Of a DNA stretch of 64,000 bases, positions 1 through 10,166 are shown in pieces. The position numbers and the translations under genes are program-made. Positions within the stretch are counted from its first letter, which is position 1; the number at the start of each line of letters is the position of its first letter. The stretch comes from Azolla caroliniana (lineage: Eukaryota > Plantae > Polypodiophyta): NCBI GenBank assembly GCA_043228905.1, contig JBHGNT010000006.1, positions 23,064,001 through 23,128,000 on the forward strand, read 5' to 3'. The notes under the pieces are model-generated. The model was not told where the DNA came from. It saw nothing but the letters and a program-made list of their open reading frames with translations, and did no database searches.

Positions 1-138
1 AGATTTCCAGCTATAGTGTGAAACCGGGGTGATATAGGGCAAGTCGGTGGTGTGCAACATGTGCACATGTAGTAGGAAAACAATGTATAGAATAAAGGGG
101 GAGTATTTGTCCCACATTGTAACGTCTCTCCCTCCTTG

Positions 139-585
139 TGTTAATCCTAGGGCCGGACAACAGCCTAACACAAGGTGTCCACTTAAGACACTTCACCAAA
201 GGGTGGTACGGTAGAATGACTTACGGCACAATGCTTAATTAGACCTTAATCGATTACTTAACAATACATCATTAACACGCGTAAGATATAACAATGAGTA
301 TAGAACGGTAATCAATGCTAAAAGATTAAAGCAATAAGTTCTATTAATTATCCGCTCTCGATTACATTGTAATCGGGCCTTTATATAGGTCTCCGGTGCG
401 AAATACAAAACTGTGCCAAAAGGCACCCTTACGGGATCGGTCCGGATCCGGATCGGCATACCGATTCCAGTCCGTCCGTCCACATCTTCTCATATATTAA
501 TATTAATTACAACAGTTCCCGAATAAACTATTCCTTTTCACACTCTGGTTTGGACCTCCTTAAGCCTTCTTGCCAGCCGGTAACA
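139..585 (-). repeat. 3' LTR of Gypsy 139-8590
   Basis: Matches 8140-8590 with about 15 substitutions and one 4-nt indel (counted by eye). Confidence 0.95.
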
Positions 586-862
586 CATGGCATGCCTGTG
601 GGACAGTACCTTGTACGTCGAACCCATTATCCAACCCTTTACGCTTCGTCCAAAATGTTCAGAATGCTTTGCTCCAGAATTTCCAATGGCTCGTCGGGAA
701 TTTGTTGTTGCTGTTGTGGCCACTGTTCCGTTTGTGGCTGTGGCTGCTCCGTCTGTGCCTTCTCCGTTTGGGGTTGCGGCTCCGTTTGTTGCTCTGGCAC
801 CGACGTTTCCTTCATTGGTTCCTTCTCTGGCTGACTGACCCGAGTCTGGTCCCCGTCTGGTC

Positions 863-2356
863 CTAGTACCGACGACGGTTCCTCATCACTAAGGTTGATC
901 GTTGCCTCCTTTCTCGCTCATATCGACAACGACGGTTCCTCTTCCCGACGATGGTTCCTCTTCCCGACGACGGTTCCTCTTCCCGAAGCCAAGACCGCTC
1001 ATATCTCTCAAACTGGATTTGAGCCTCCAACCGATCGTCGTCTAGTTGAGCTACGAGCTGCCGGACCTGCACCAATTGTTCATCCGCCAAGACTGTGAAA
1101 TCTTTAGCCAACTCATCCCTTATGGTGGTGAAGTCCTCGGATGTCAGCCTAAAATAGTCATCACCCTCCTTCCACCGGTTTTCCACGTCCGCCCTGAGCA
1201 ATTGGAGTTCCGCCGTATTTTGCGCCCATTTCGTCCACCAACGCACAAAGCTATCGTCAATCAAGCTTTTGGTCTTAATGAGCCATGACCAGAGGATGCA
1301 CTGCATCCGTTCGGCTCCCATCCGTGATTTATTTTCTGCGGCTTGTCGCTCCTCTTTCAATTGCTTGATGATTCGGACCGTGTGCACCTCCTGCTCCCTA
1401 TAATGCGACAATTGATTTTGATAGGTTGTTTGCAACCTCTGTAATACCATTGTCGCTCTTTCCTTGTCTTCATGGTTCTGTTTGTGGAGCTCCATCCGGT
1501 CATTCGCCGCTTCCTCCAATAGCTTGGAACTCTCAGCTCGTTCTTTGGCGAGTGCCGTCGTGGCCCTATCAACTTCATGCCGGAGCTCGGCCATCTGTTC
1601 CTGTTGTTGTTTATACTCCGTCTCCAGTTGCTTGTAGTCCCGGTGCAGATGATCAAAATCATCGGTCTTCTGCTTCAGCCTCTGGTTGATCTGCCGGCGC
1701 GCGCGGTCCTCTCGATGCATCTGTTGACGGAGTTCCTCCTTCAGCCTCTCGATTTCCGTCTCCGCCATCCGTCGCAGCTTGTCTTTTTCCTGCAACAATT
1801 TCTCCTTTTCCTCCTTTAGCCGGTCGTAAGCATGATGTCCTTTACGCAGGTTTTCCTCTGCCCGGCGGACGTTCTCAACAGTCTTCTTTAATTCTTCTTC
1901 GGCCGCCTTCTTCAAGTCGCGTTCGCGGCTCCGTAATGCGTCTTGTGCGGCAAGTTCATCTCGTAATTCCGCAAGCTCTTGGGCTTGCGCCGCATCTTTC
2001 TTCGGGACAGATTGTGTCTCCGGGGTCTTATTCCTATGTACATCAACCGGAGTCACCGGTGCTTGGATCTGCGTTGCGATTAAGGCTATTTTGGCCATCT
2101 CTTCGATAATCAGATCCAAGTCTTGTTCGAGGCACCGGATCCTTGACCGGGCCATCTCTAGTTCATCGGTTGTGACGAGCAACCGTTCCGTTTGCGCTCT
2201 TTCCTCTGTCTCTATGGAGCCGACTACTCCGGCAATTTGTTCTCCTATCAACCAGAGCCATTGGCTGTTGGTGCACTGTTGTTGCGCTTGCACAGAGGGT
2301 TGGTTGATGGGTTCACTCGTCGGTGGGTGGTCTCGCCTTACTGCATTGAGCTGCAC
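863..2356 (-). CDS. Extra ORF of the Gypsy element, long coiled-coil part (C-terminal portion of a broken ORF)
   Basis: 497-aa ORF rich in E/K/R/Q heptads, between integrase and 3' LTR, same sense as pol. Confidence 0.65.
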   Translation of the reverse strand: MQLNAVRRDHPPTSEPINQPSVQAQQQCTNSQWLWLIGEQIAGVVGSIETEERAQTERLLVTTDELEMARSRIRCLEQDLDLIIEEMAKIALIATQIQAPVTPVDVHRNKTPETQSVPKKDAAQAQELAELRDELAAQDALRSRERDLKKAAEEELKKTVENVRRAEENLRKGHHAYDRLKEEKEKLLQEKDKLRRMAETEIERLKEELRQQMHREDRARRQINQRLKQKTDDFDHLHRDYKQLETEYKQQQEQMAELRHEVDRATTALAKERAESSKLLEEAANDRMELHKQNHEDKERATMVLQRLQTTYQNQLSHYREQEVHTVRIIKQLKEERQAAENKSRMGAERMQCILWSWLIKTKSLIDDSFVRWWTKWAQNTAELQLLRADVENRWKEGDDYFRLTSEDFTTIRDELAKDFTVLADEQLVQVRQLVAQLDDDRLEAQIQFERYERSWLREEEPSSGRGTIVGKRNRRCRYERERRQRSTLVMRNRRRY

Positions 2357-2763
2357 TTCTGGTTCTGCCAGCTGACCACTTTGCCGTTCTGGCTCTGAGT
2401 GTGTTTCGGCTAGCCGCCCCTTGTTTGCTTTTTCTTGGCTGGCTGGGAACGTTGGCCTTTGTATATCCGGCTCTTGAGTTACAGGGCTTGCCGGTGCTGC
2501 CTATTGCGCAGGGACTTCTGTGACTGGTTCCGTCTGAACCGGTTCCGGTGCCTCCCTTGGCGTGGGATGCTTAGTGTGAGTTGCGAGCGCTCCATCCTTC
2601 TGTAGGTCCGAACACTTCCTGGCTGATTCTGCGGTGCTCTTCACTAGCTGCCACTAGAGGTGCTTCGTGGGTTCTTCCTCCATTTCTTCCGCCTGAGTCC
2701 CGACATTCATTCTTGCCGCTAGGGTGTTTGTTTCATGCTGCACCGGTCGGTGGAGTGGGCTCT

Positions 2764-3564
2764 TCAGGGGCCGTGCCGGGGTCTCCTCACCGCATGCCAT
2801 ATTTTTCGGCCTTCGTTGCCGTCCTTTCCTCTTACGATATCAATCGCCGTGCACAACCTGTCGGCAATCAACACCGGCCAATCCACCTTGACCCCTTCGT
2901 ATGTTGCGATGATCAAGCCTGCTCGGTTCTGAGGCATGACGGGGGGTCGAGGGTACACGTGGCCGAACTCATGGAGCACACGGGCAATTTCGTGGAATAG
3001 CATATCTTCGCCGCCCTGTGTCCTGTAGCCCTTGCTGGCGAGAGAGTACTCACCGAAATATTTGATGAGTTGCTCGGAGGTACGATTGTCGATCGTGTAG
3101 ATGCCTCCCTCAGGAAGGCCTATTAACGCACGGATTGCCTCCTCCATGATCACCTCTATGTTGATTTCTTTATTAATGTTTTCGGCCTCCTTGTGTGGCG
3201 CCGCCTTTGTGATCGTTAAGAAACCCTCCAGTCCGTACTGCCGTAGCCATTTCTTGGCGGCTTCAGATAGCGTTTGGCAGTCCATCTCTCCGTCGAGGTC
3301 GGAGAGCGTTGGCGAGGTTTGGTGGTGGGGAGAGTGTGAGAGAGAAAGTTCTGAGGTAGGGGGTTCTCTATGTGCGAGCTCTCTGCGATTGATCTTCACT
3401 CGTCTGTCTGCGTTTGTTCTCCTTGGTTCGCGATAGGAGAAGGTCTCAATGCGTGGGGGTTTTTCTCTCTGCATCTTGGCGCCTTTTTCGAGCCTCCGCA
3501 TGTGCAGGTCGTGTACTATAATAGCATTGCGTGCCATGTGGTGGTGGTTTAATGTCCTATTCAT
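2764..3564 (-). CDS. Extra ORF of the Gypsy element, N-terminal globular part
   Basis: 266-aa ATG ORF just downstream of integrase; probably joined to 863-2356 before a frameshift and stop. Confidence 0.55.
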   Translation of the reverse strand: MNRTLNHHHMARNAIIVHDLHMRRLEKGAKMQREKPPRIETFSYREPRRTNADRRVKINRRELAHREPPTSELSLSHSPHHQTSPTLSDLDGEMDCQTLSEAAKKWLRQYGLEGFLTITKAAPHKEAENINKEINIEVIMEEAIRALIGLPEGGIYTIDNRTSEQLIKYFGEYSLASKGYRTQGGEDMLFHEIARVLHEFGHVYPRPPVMPQNRAGLIIATYEGVKVDWPVLIADRLCTAIDIVRGKDGNEGRKIWHAVRRPRHGP

Positions 3565-3700
3565 AGCCCCTCGTACCTTTTCGACGTGCCTCTTTACTCC
3601 TTGTTTGCATGGCCGTTTCCACCACTCCTTTTCATGATTTATTTGATTCCATCCGATTATTATTATTTATTTATTTATTTTTGTTAAGTTAATTGTGTGG

Positions 3701-5912
3701 TTAATTTTTCTCCGGTCCTGTCGGACCCTTACCCGAATCGCGCACCTTGCCGGCCTCTTGACGGTTTGCCGTCGTTATGCTTTCCCCGGTTGTCGGCTCG
3801 TGCTCCCCATTACCGGCTTGGTGGTAGCCGTTTTCCTCATAGGTTGTCGTCGTGGTTGGCCTGCCGGCGTCTGATTTGGTGGCAGACCTTCGTTCAAATG
3901 GGTTCTTGGGCATAGGTCCTTTGTATGGTTTTTGTCTAAATCCGTTGACCAATTTACCCTGCACTTCGCCGGCAAGTGTCCCTAACTGGTAAGAACCATT
4001 AAACTCGCGTGTGATCCAGTACGGACCGGTCCATCTAAACCGTAGTTTGCTTGGCATTTTACCCATCCGGGTCTGGAACACTAGTACCGGCTTGCCGATT
4101 TCGAACATTTTCTCGTTTCCCTTCCGGTGCCGATCGACAAACGCTTTCCGTCACCGTTGTTCCAATTCCAGCTGCATGATGCTTGCCAGTCGGTGTTCTT
4201 CTAGTTCACACAGAGCCTTTAACCGAATTGCCTCCGATTCCTTTTCATTGAGTTGTTCTCGAATCTGAATCTGTAAGCTCGGTACCTGGAATTCGATCGG
4301 CATGACTGCCTCTCATCCGAATCCTAACCGGAACGACGTTGTTTGGATGCTTGTTTTGTACGGTGTCCGGTAAGCCCAGAGCGCACTGTGCAGCTTCGTG
4401 TCCCAATCTGTCCGATTTTCATTGACGATCTTGCACAGGATATTCTGTAGCATTTTGTTTGTTGACTCCGCTAATCTGTTGGCTTGTGGGTAGTACGGGG
4501 TGCTCCGTTTATGTACTACCGCATAGAATGACGTCAAGCTCTCCACCACCTGTCCAAGAAAGTGCCCTCCTTGGTTGCTTATGAGCTCTATGGGGCATCC
4601 ATACCGGCACCAAATGCATTCATATAAGAATTTTGTCGTCGACGTCGCGGTGTTATCTCGTAAGGCTTTGGCTTCCACCCATTTAGTGCAGTAGTCTGTC
4701 GCGACGATCACATACCAGTTGCCAGTTCTCATTGCCAGTGGTTTAAATGGTCTGACAAAATCCAGTCCCCATTTCTGAAATGGTTCTAGCGGTAGTACTG
4801 GCTGGTGCGGCATCCTAGCTTGTTCCGTTGGTTGGCCCATTCGCTGGCATAGATCACACTCTTTCGCGTACTAGATTGCGTCTTTCAATGTAGTTGGCCA
4901 CCATAGGTCACTTTGCCATATCTTCCTTGCCGTCGCATCCCCGACATAATGGCCTCCGGCGACTCCGCAGTGTGCTTCCCGTAGTATTACCTCCTTCTCA
5001 ATGCTGCGCACCGCTCGTCGCCATATCCCGTCTACGCCTTTGTGGTATAGCGTGTCCTGTAATAAATAGAAGTGCTAGCTTTGTACCGCTAGGCGCTTCC
5101 TCTCGTCCTGGTTCATCTCCTCCAAAGGCAATCCGTTACCCAAAAACTGGTGCATATTAGTTAGCCACTTATCTTGTTGTGCCACCGTTTCATCTGTTGC
5201 CGTTTCCGTGGTGACTCGAAAAAGCTCTGCATCCAGAAACTCGTCCAGTACTCCGTCACCCGTTTCGCCGGAATCTAACCGGCTTAGATAATCTGCTACC
5301 GCATGCTGTATGCCAGGTCGGTGGAATATCTCGAACTGGAACTCCTGCAACAGCAAAGTCCACTGGGCCAACTTACCGGTAAGTGACGCTTTGGATACTA
5401 GGTAGAGGAGTGTCGAATGATCGACATGGAAGGAAAACTTTCTCCCCAATAAATTGTGCCTGAATTTTGTTACGCTATAGATCATGCCTAAGGCTTCTCT
5501 TTCCGTGGTGGAGTAATTTCGTTCGGCTTGGGATAACTTCCGGCTTGCGTAATATACAGGCCGGTACCATCTTGGGTCCGTAAGTTGCATCAGTGCATTC
5601 CCGATTGCAATGTTGGACGCATCCACGAACACATGAAATTCCTTCACCCAATCCGGGGGGTTGCACTACCGACGCTTGCGACAATAGAACTTTGAGTGCC
5701 CGGTACGCCTTATCTTCAGTGTCGGTCCACTGGAACGGTGTTCGGTGTACCGCAACATGCAGTGGTATAGCTAGGCTTGCCAAACACTAGAGCATTCGGC
5801 TATGCCAACGGATTTGTCCTAAGAAACGGCTCAATGCCTTTGCCGTTGTTGGTGCCGGTGCCTCCAGGATTGCTTTTACTTTGTCCGGATCTACGGCAAT
5901 GCCTTCCTTGCC
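3701..5912 (-). pseudogene. Gypsy pol remnant: RT C-terminus, RNase H, integrase
   Basis: FHVFVDAS...YYASRKLSQAERNYSTTERE (RNase H); KWGLDFV, DYCTKWVEA, YYPQAN..AESTNK (integrase); RWTGPY C-terminal motif; frameshifts and stops. Confidence 0.92.
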
Positions 5913-7154
5913 ACTCCGGTATTTGAAGGGCACTTCAAATATGTGTCTCTGATTCGGTTCCAGAAGACCTCAACTGGACGGTTTCACCGACTCGGACATG
6001 TCAGCTGATGTGGATACCAGCCGGTCTACATCCGGGTATGTGATGACATATGCAGGGGGAGCTATTTCGTGGCAGTCGAGGTTGTAGAAGACGGTTGCAT
6101 TGTCAACCACAGAGGCGGAGTACATGGTGGCTGTGGAAGCCGGCAAGGAAATATTATGGATGAAGAACTTCATCGGAGAGCTCGGTATCCGGCAAGAGGA
6201 ATACCGACTCTACTGCGACAGTCAAAGTGCCATCCACCTTGGTAAGAATGCGGCCTACCATTCCCGGACGAAGCATATCCAGCGGAGGTATCACTAGATC
6301 CGGGAAAGAGTAGATGACCAGCAGTTCATACTAACGAAGGTCCACACGGCCGAGAACGGGTCAGATATGCTAACCAAAGTGCTGACACCCGACAAGCTGG
6401 ACGCATGCCGGAAGAGGATCGGACTGGTCAGACACCCCATGCCGGAGTGAAGGGGGAGTTTGTTGGGAGACAGGTCCCTCCGGATGAATCGGCCGAGGCC
6501 CGGTATGAACCGGATGAGGAGTACCCGGCTACGGAGAGCCGGATGGTGCAGGCCCGGTATGAACCGGATGAGGAGTACCCGTCTACGGAGACCCGGATGG
6601 TGCAGGCCCGGTATGAACCGGATGAGGAGTACCCGGCTACGGAGAGCCGGATGGTACAGACCCGGTGAGAACCAGATGAAGAGACATATTCGTAAATATG
6701 TTTCTGAGAGCCCATCGAGGCTACATTTGTAAATAGCCGAAAAGTCATATTAGTATAAATATGACTTAGGGCAAACTTTTAGTAACTGTTGTTGTGTGTT
6801 GTCGTCATTCTTCCTTGTTGGTGCAAGAAGAAGAGAGAGTGCGTAACTGTACAGAGAGAGAGAGAGAGAGACGAGGTGGTTGCCTCTGTTGTAACCGCCT
6901 GTGGCGAAGATCGTGAGCACGAGGTGGTTGTTCTCTGTGGACTCACTGTTTTGTACATTCTTACATAGTGACAGTTTGCAGCCTGTGGACTGCCGTGGTT
7001 TTTCCCCTAGTTTGGGGTTTTCCACGTAAACCTCTTCTGTACTGTGTGTATATCTTCCTCTCCTTTGTGTCGTGTTTTATTTCCCGTTTTTCTTTGTATC
7101 ATTCTCCGCTCGGTTGTGGCCGAGCGTCGCGCATGGAACGTTGGGTTCTCGTCA
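5913..7154 (+). mobile_element. 3' fragment of Copia (RNase H end, PPT, 3' LTR 6461-7154) nested in Gypsy gag
   Basis: STTEAEY, LYCDSQSAIHL, HSRTKHI motifs; PPT GAAGGGGGAG 6449-6458; LTR TGTTGG...GTCA homologous to 13400-14107. Confidence 0.93.
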
Positions 7155-7853
7155 CGGAGGTGCGCGGGTAAGTTGACCGTGCATCCGTTGAAACTGGATG
7201 ACAAACTGCGGAATGCTCTCCCCGGGGTCCTGCCGGATGGTATAAAAGACGCCCACCATTTCTCTCTGGACCACCTTCTTTTCAAAGAAGTGCAAGAATT
7301 TATCTTTCAGGTCCGCAAAGGTGGTGATGGTGCTGCGATCCTGCGTCCGGTGCCATCTGGCGGCCGGTCCTTCCAATGTCATGCCGAATTCGGTTATCTT
7401 AGATCGTTCCTCTTCTGCCGCGGTTAACTGTTGTGACACATGGTTCGCCTCCCATGTTTGTTGAAACGCGTGAACATGAGCCTCCGCGTTCGGATCATCC
7501 TTATACTTGGAGTACTGGAACGGCATGTCGTCGTCCGGTGTCGGTATGCGAGCTGGTGGTTCCGTCGGCGTCAGAGGCCTTTGCCGGTCTTCCTTTGGTG
7601 TTGCCGGCTCGACTTCTGGTGTTGGAGGTTTTTGCCGGTCTTTTTCCGTCTCCCGAGGTTGCTCCACGTCTAGTGCCGGAGGTTCCCGGTCTGTCAACTC
7701 TGGTTCCGGTGTCGGTAATGTATCTGACTCCTCGTCCTCCGGTCCTCCTGGGGTATCGTTACAGCTGCGATAGTTCGTGTGCGCACTGTAACCCCCTTCC
7801 GAATCTGATTCCATTGCTGAAAATGCTTCGTATTCGCCGTCTCTTCCGGCCAA
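7155..7853 (-). pseudogene. Gypsy gag N-terminal/capsid remnant
   Basis: FGMTLEGPAARW...FADLKDKFL...IRQDPGESIPQFVIQF retrotrans_gag-like; truncated by the Copia LTR. Confidence 0.85.
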
Positions 7854-8121
7854 GGCCTAGAGAAGGGTTTCTGCTTCCTGGAGATTGCTTAAGCTGCTTC
7901 CTTCGTCCGGGTAGGCGTTTTGTTGCAGACGGAGCGACTCCTCCCCCACTTTCCGGATCACTTTGGAAAATGATCGATCCGTTCGGATTTCTTCCGCTGC
8001 TTGCTGGAAAGCCTCTCGTCACCTTCTCCGTTTAGCAAGTCTTCGTGCTCTCTCCATAACCGGGTCGTTTGTTGGCCTAGTCATCCATTCTTGCCGTTGT
8101 TCACTGCGATTTTGCAGGAAT

Positions 8122-8132
8122 CGTGGTCGCCA
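8122..8132 (-). promoter_or_regulatory. Primer-binding site, probably tRNA-Arg
   Basis: TGGCGACCACG just inside the 5' LTR; resembles the complement of a tRNA-Arg(UCG) 3' end. Confidence 0.6.
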
Positions 8133-8139
8133 AAAACTA

Positions 8140-8590
8140 TGTTAATCCTAGGGCCGGACAATAGCCTAACATAGGGTGTCCACTTAAGACACTTCACCAA
8201 AGGGTGGTACGGCATAATGACTTACGGCACAATGCTTAATTAGACCTTAATCAATTACTTAACAATACATCATTAACACGCGTAAGATATAACAATGAGT
8301 ACAGAACGGTAATCAATGCTGAAAGATTAAAGCAATAAGTTCTATTAATTATACGCTCTTGATTACATTGTAACCGGGCCTTTATATAGGTCTCCGGTGC
8401 GAAATACAAAACGGTGCCAAAAGGCACCCTTACAGGATCGGTTCGGATCCGGATCGGCATACCGATTCCAGTCCGTCCGTCCGTCCACATCTTCTCATAT
8501 ATTAATATTAATTACAACAGTTCCCGAATAAACTATTCCTTTTCGCACTCTGGTTTGGACCTCCTTAAGCCTTCTTGCCAGCCGGTAACA
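8140..8590 (-). repeat. 5' LTR of Gypsy 139-8590
   Basis: TG...CA ends, homologous to 139-585. Confidence 0.95.
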
Positions 8591-8595
8591 CCTTG

Positions 8596-10166
8596 GCCTA
8601 TAAAAGGAAGGGCGGGGTCCCTTTTGAAGGGGTTGCCCATTTTGTGTTAGGAGGGTATACCATTAGATCTAGGGTTTGGTAGTTTTCTCTTCTTCTTACT
8701 TTCTTTAGGGTTTCATTTAGTTCTTCTTCTTCTTCGTCGTGTGGGTTGAGAGTTCATGTCTGTTTAGGGTTTGCTTCCGCTCGATCTCCTGTGCAAGACC
8801 CCACTCGGTGCGACGAGCCCGAGATCTCCCCGATCGGCAGCTTGGTAGTAGACTATTGTTGTAACTTAACCTACCTTGGTCCGGCTCGAAGCCGGGGTTG
8901 TATTTTTCCCTTGTAATATATATACTCGAATCTGTTTGTGCATATTGGTGTATTTGGTGGTGTTGGGAGCATAGCCCCTTGTTCCCTACGCATAAGAGTC
9001 AGTGTCGCGCGTATGCTCTCTCTTTTTTCTCTCTCTCTCCCCTTCTTTACACTCTCGTTTAACCCTCACACTTATCCACGTGTATAGAATACTACGGTAA
9101 ATTCGCACCACGGGATATTATATGGTCATGCCCGTAACATAAATATTGGAGACATGTACTAAAGTAAGCATTAGATAAGGATAGATCTAGGTAGATAGAA
9201 AGAAAGGAGAGAGAGAAAGAAGGGTGTCGATCCACCCGACCACCCCCGAGCGAAGGGATCGAGACGGACTCGAGCCTCGATCGGCGTCCCATACCATCGC
9301 CGTGGCATCGAGTCGTACCTGGTGCTGGCGCACTCGCTATAAGAGTTGACCCACCACAAGACAGAGTCTCGACGTAGCCAACTGGTTAATCAAATGAGGG
9401 TAGCTAGGCCTCTATTTGTAGCGATACCCAAGGCCCCCAGCCATGTTCACACTTGGTCTAATGGGTTGTCTCAATCCGAGGATTTAAAAGTAATCCTCCC
9501 CTTCTTTACACTCTCGTTTAACCCTCACACTTATCCACGTGTATAGAATACTACGGTAAATTCTCACCACGGGATATTATATGGTCATGCTCATAACATA
9601 CTCCCCCTCTTTAAAACATTGCACTCTTGCAATGGAAAGTTAGGGAAGTTAGTTCTGAGTGTACTCTCGCATTCCCATGTGGCATCTTTTATTGATTTAT
9701 CAATCCATTTTTATTTTAAATTCTCCGATTTCCTTAGTAAGTAATTTTTTTGTTTTAACATCGAGAATTCTTTCTGGTACATGTGGTTTAGAAGATACAT
9801 CTTCAGAAGTAACTAGTGTTTCAAGTGTAATTGTATTGTTGCCAGAACCTAGAAGTTCTTACAAAACCAATGCGTTTGAGAACTGTAAAAGGTCCACAAA
9901 ACCATGGGGCTAACTTAGCGCACTTACCCATAGACAATGTCTTAGAATTGTGAGGTACAAGTAAAAATACCTTCTGTCCAGGGTTGAATACACGAGGTTG
10001 CCTATGATGATCGGCATAAAAACGAGCTCTATCTTGAGCTATGTTTATATTATCTCATGCAATATGCAACATATCTTGCATATCCCGAAGAAAGTTTTGC
10101 GTACTTCACAACTCATCATGATGTATATTAACATCAATCGGGGCTCATGGCTGAAAACCATACATC
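8596..10166 (-). mobile_element. Chromovirus-type Gypsy 3' end (integrase C-terminus, chromodomain, PPT, LTR-like sequence continuing at 1-138)
   Basis: Minus translation AQDRARFYADHHRQPRVFNPGQKVFL...KLAPWFCGPF and PERILDVK...WIDKSIKDATWECE; PPT AAGAGGGGGAG (9601-9611) next to TGTTATG at 9598. Confidence 0.8.

Larger units (their letters stand above)
139..8590 (-). mobile_element. Ty3/Gypsy LTR retrotransposon (non-chromovirus, Athila/Tat-like), internally deleted, with extra 3' ORF
   Basis: Direct LTRs 139-585 and 8140-8590 (TGTTAA...GTAACA), 5-bp TSD CCTTG at 134-138 and 8591-8595; minus-strand gag, RNase H and integrase remnants. Confidence 0.95.

Noticed and set aside
6500-6680. CRISPR-like regular repeats
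   Set aside because: Head-to-tail tandem units without unique spacers, inside eukaryotic LTRs; no cas genes.
6405-6748. Short ORFs with repeated peptides (ARYEPDEEYPATESRMVQ, RSTRLRRAGWCRPG), also near 10617-10998, 13370-13707, 27163-27949
   Set aside because: By-products of the 54-bp LTR repeat, which is open in several frames; no evidence of coding.
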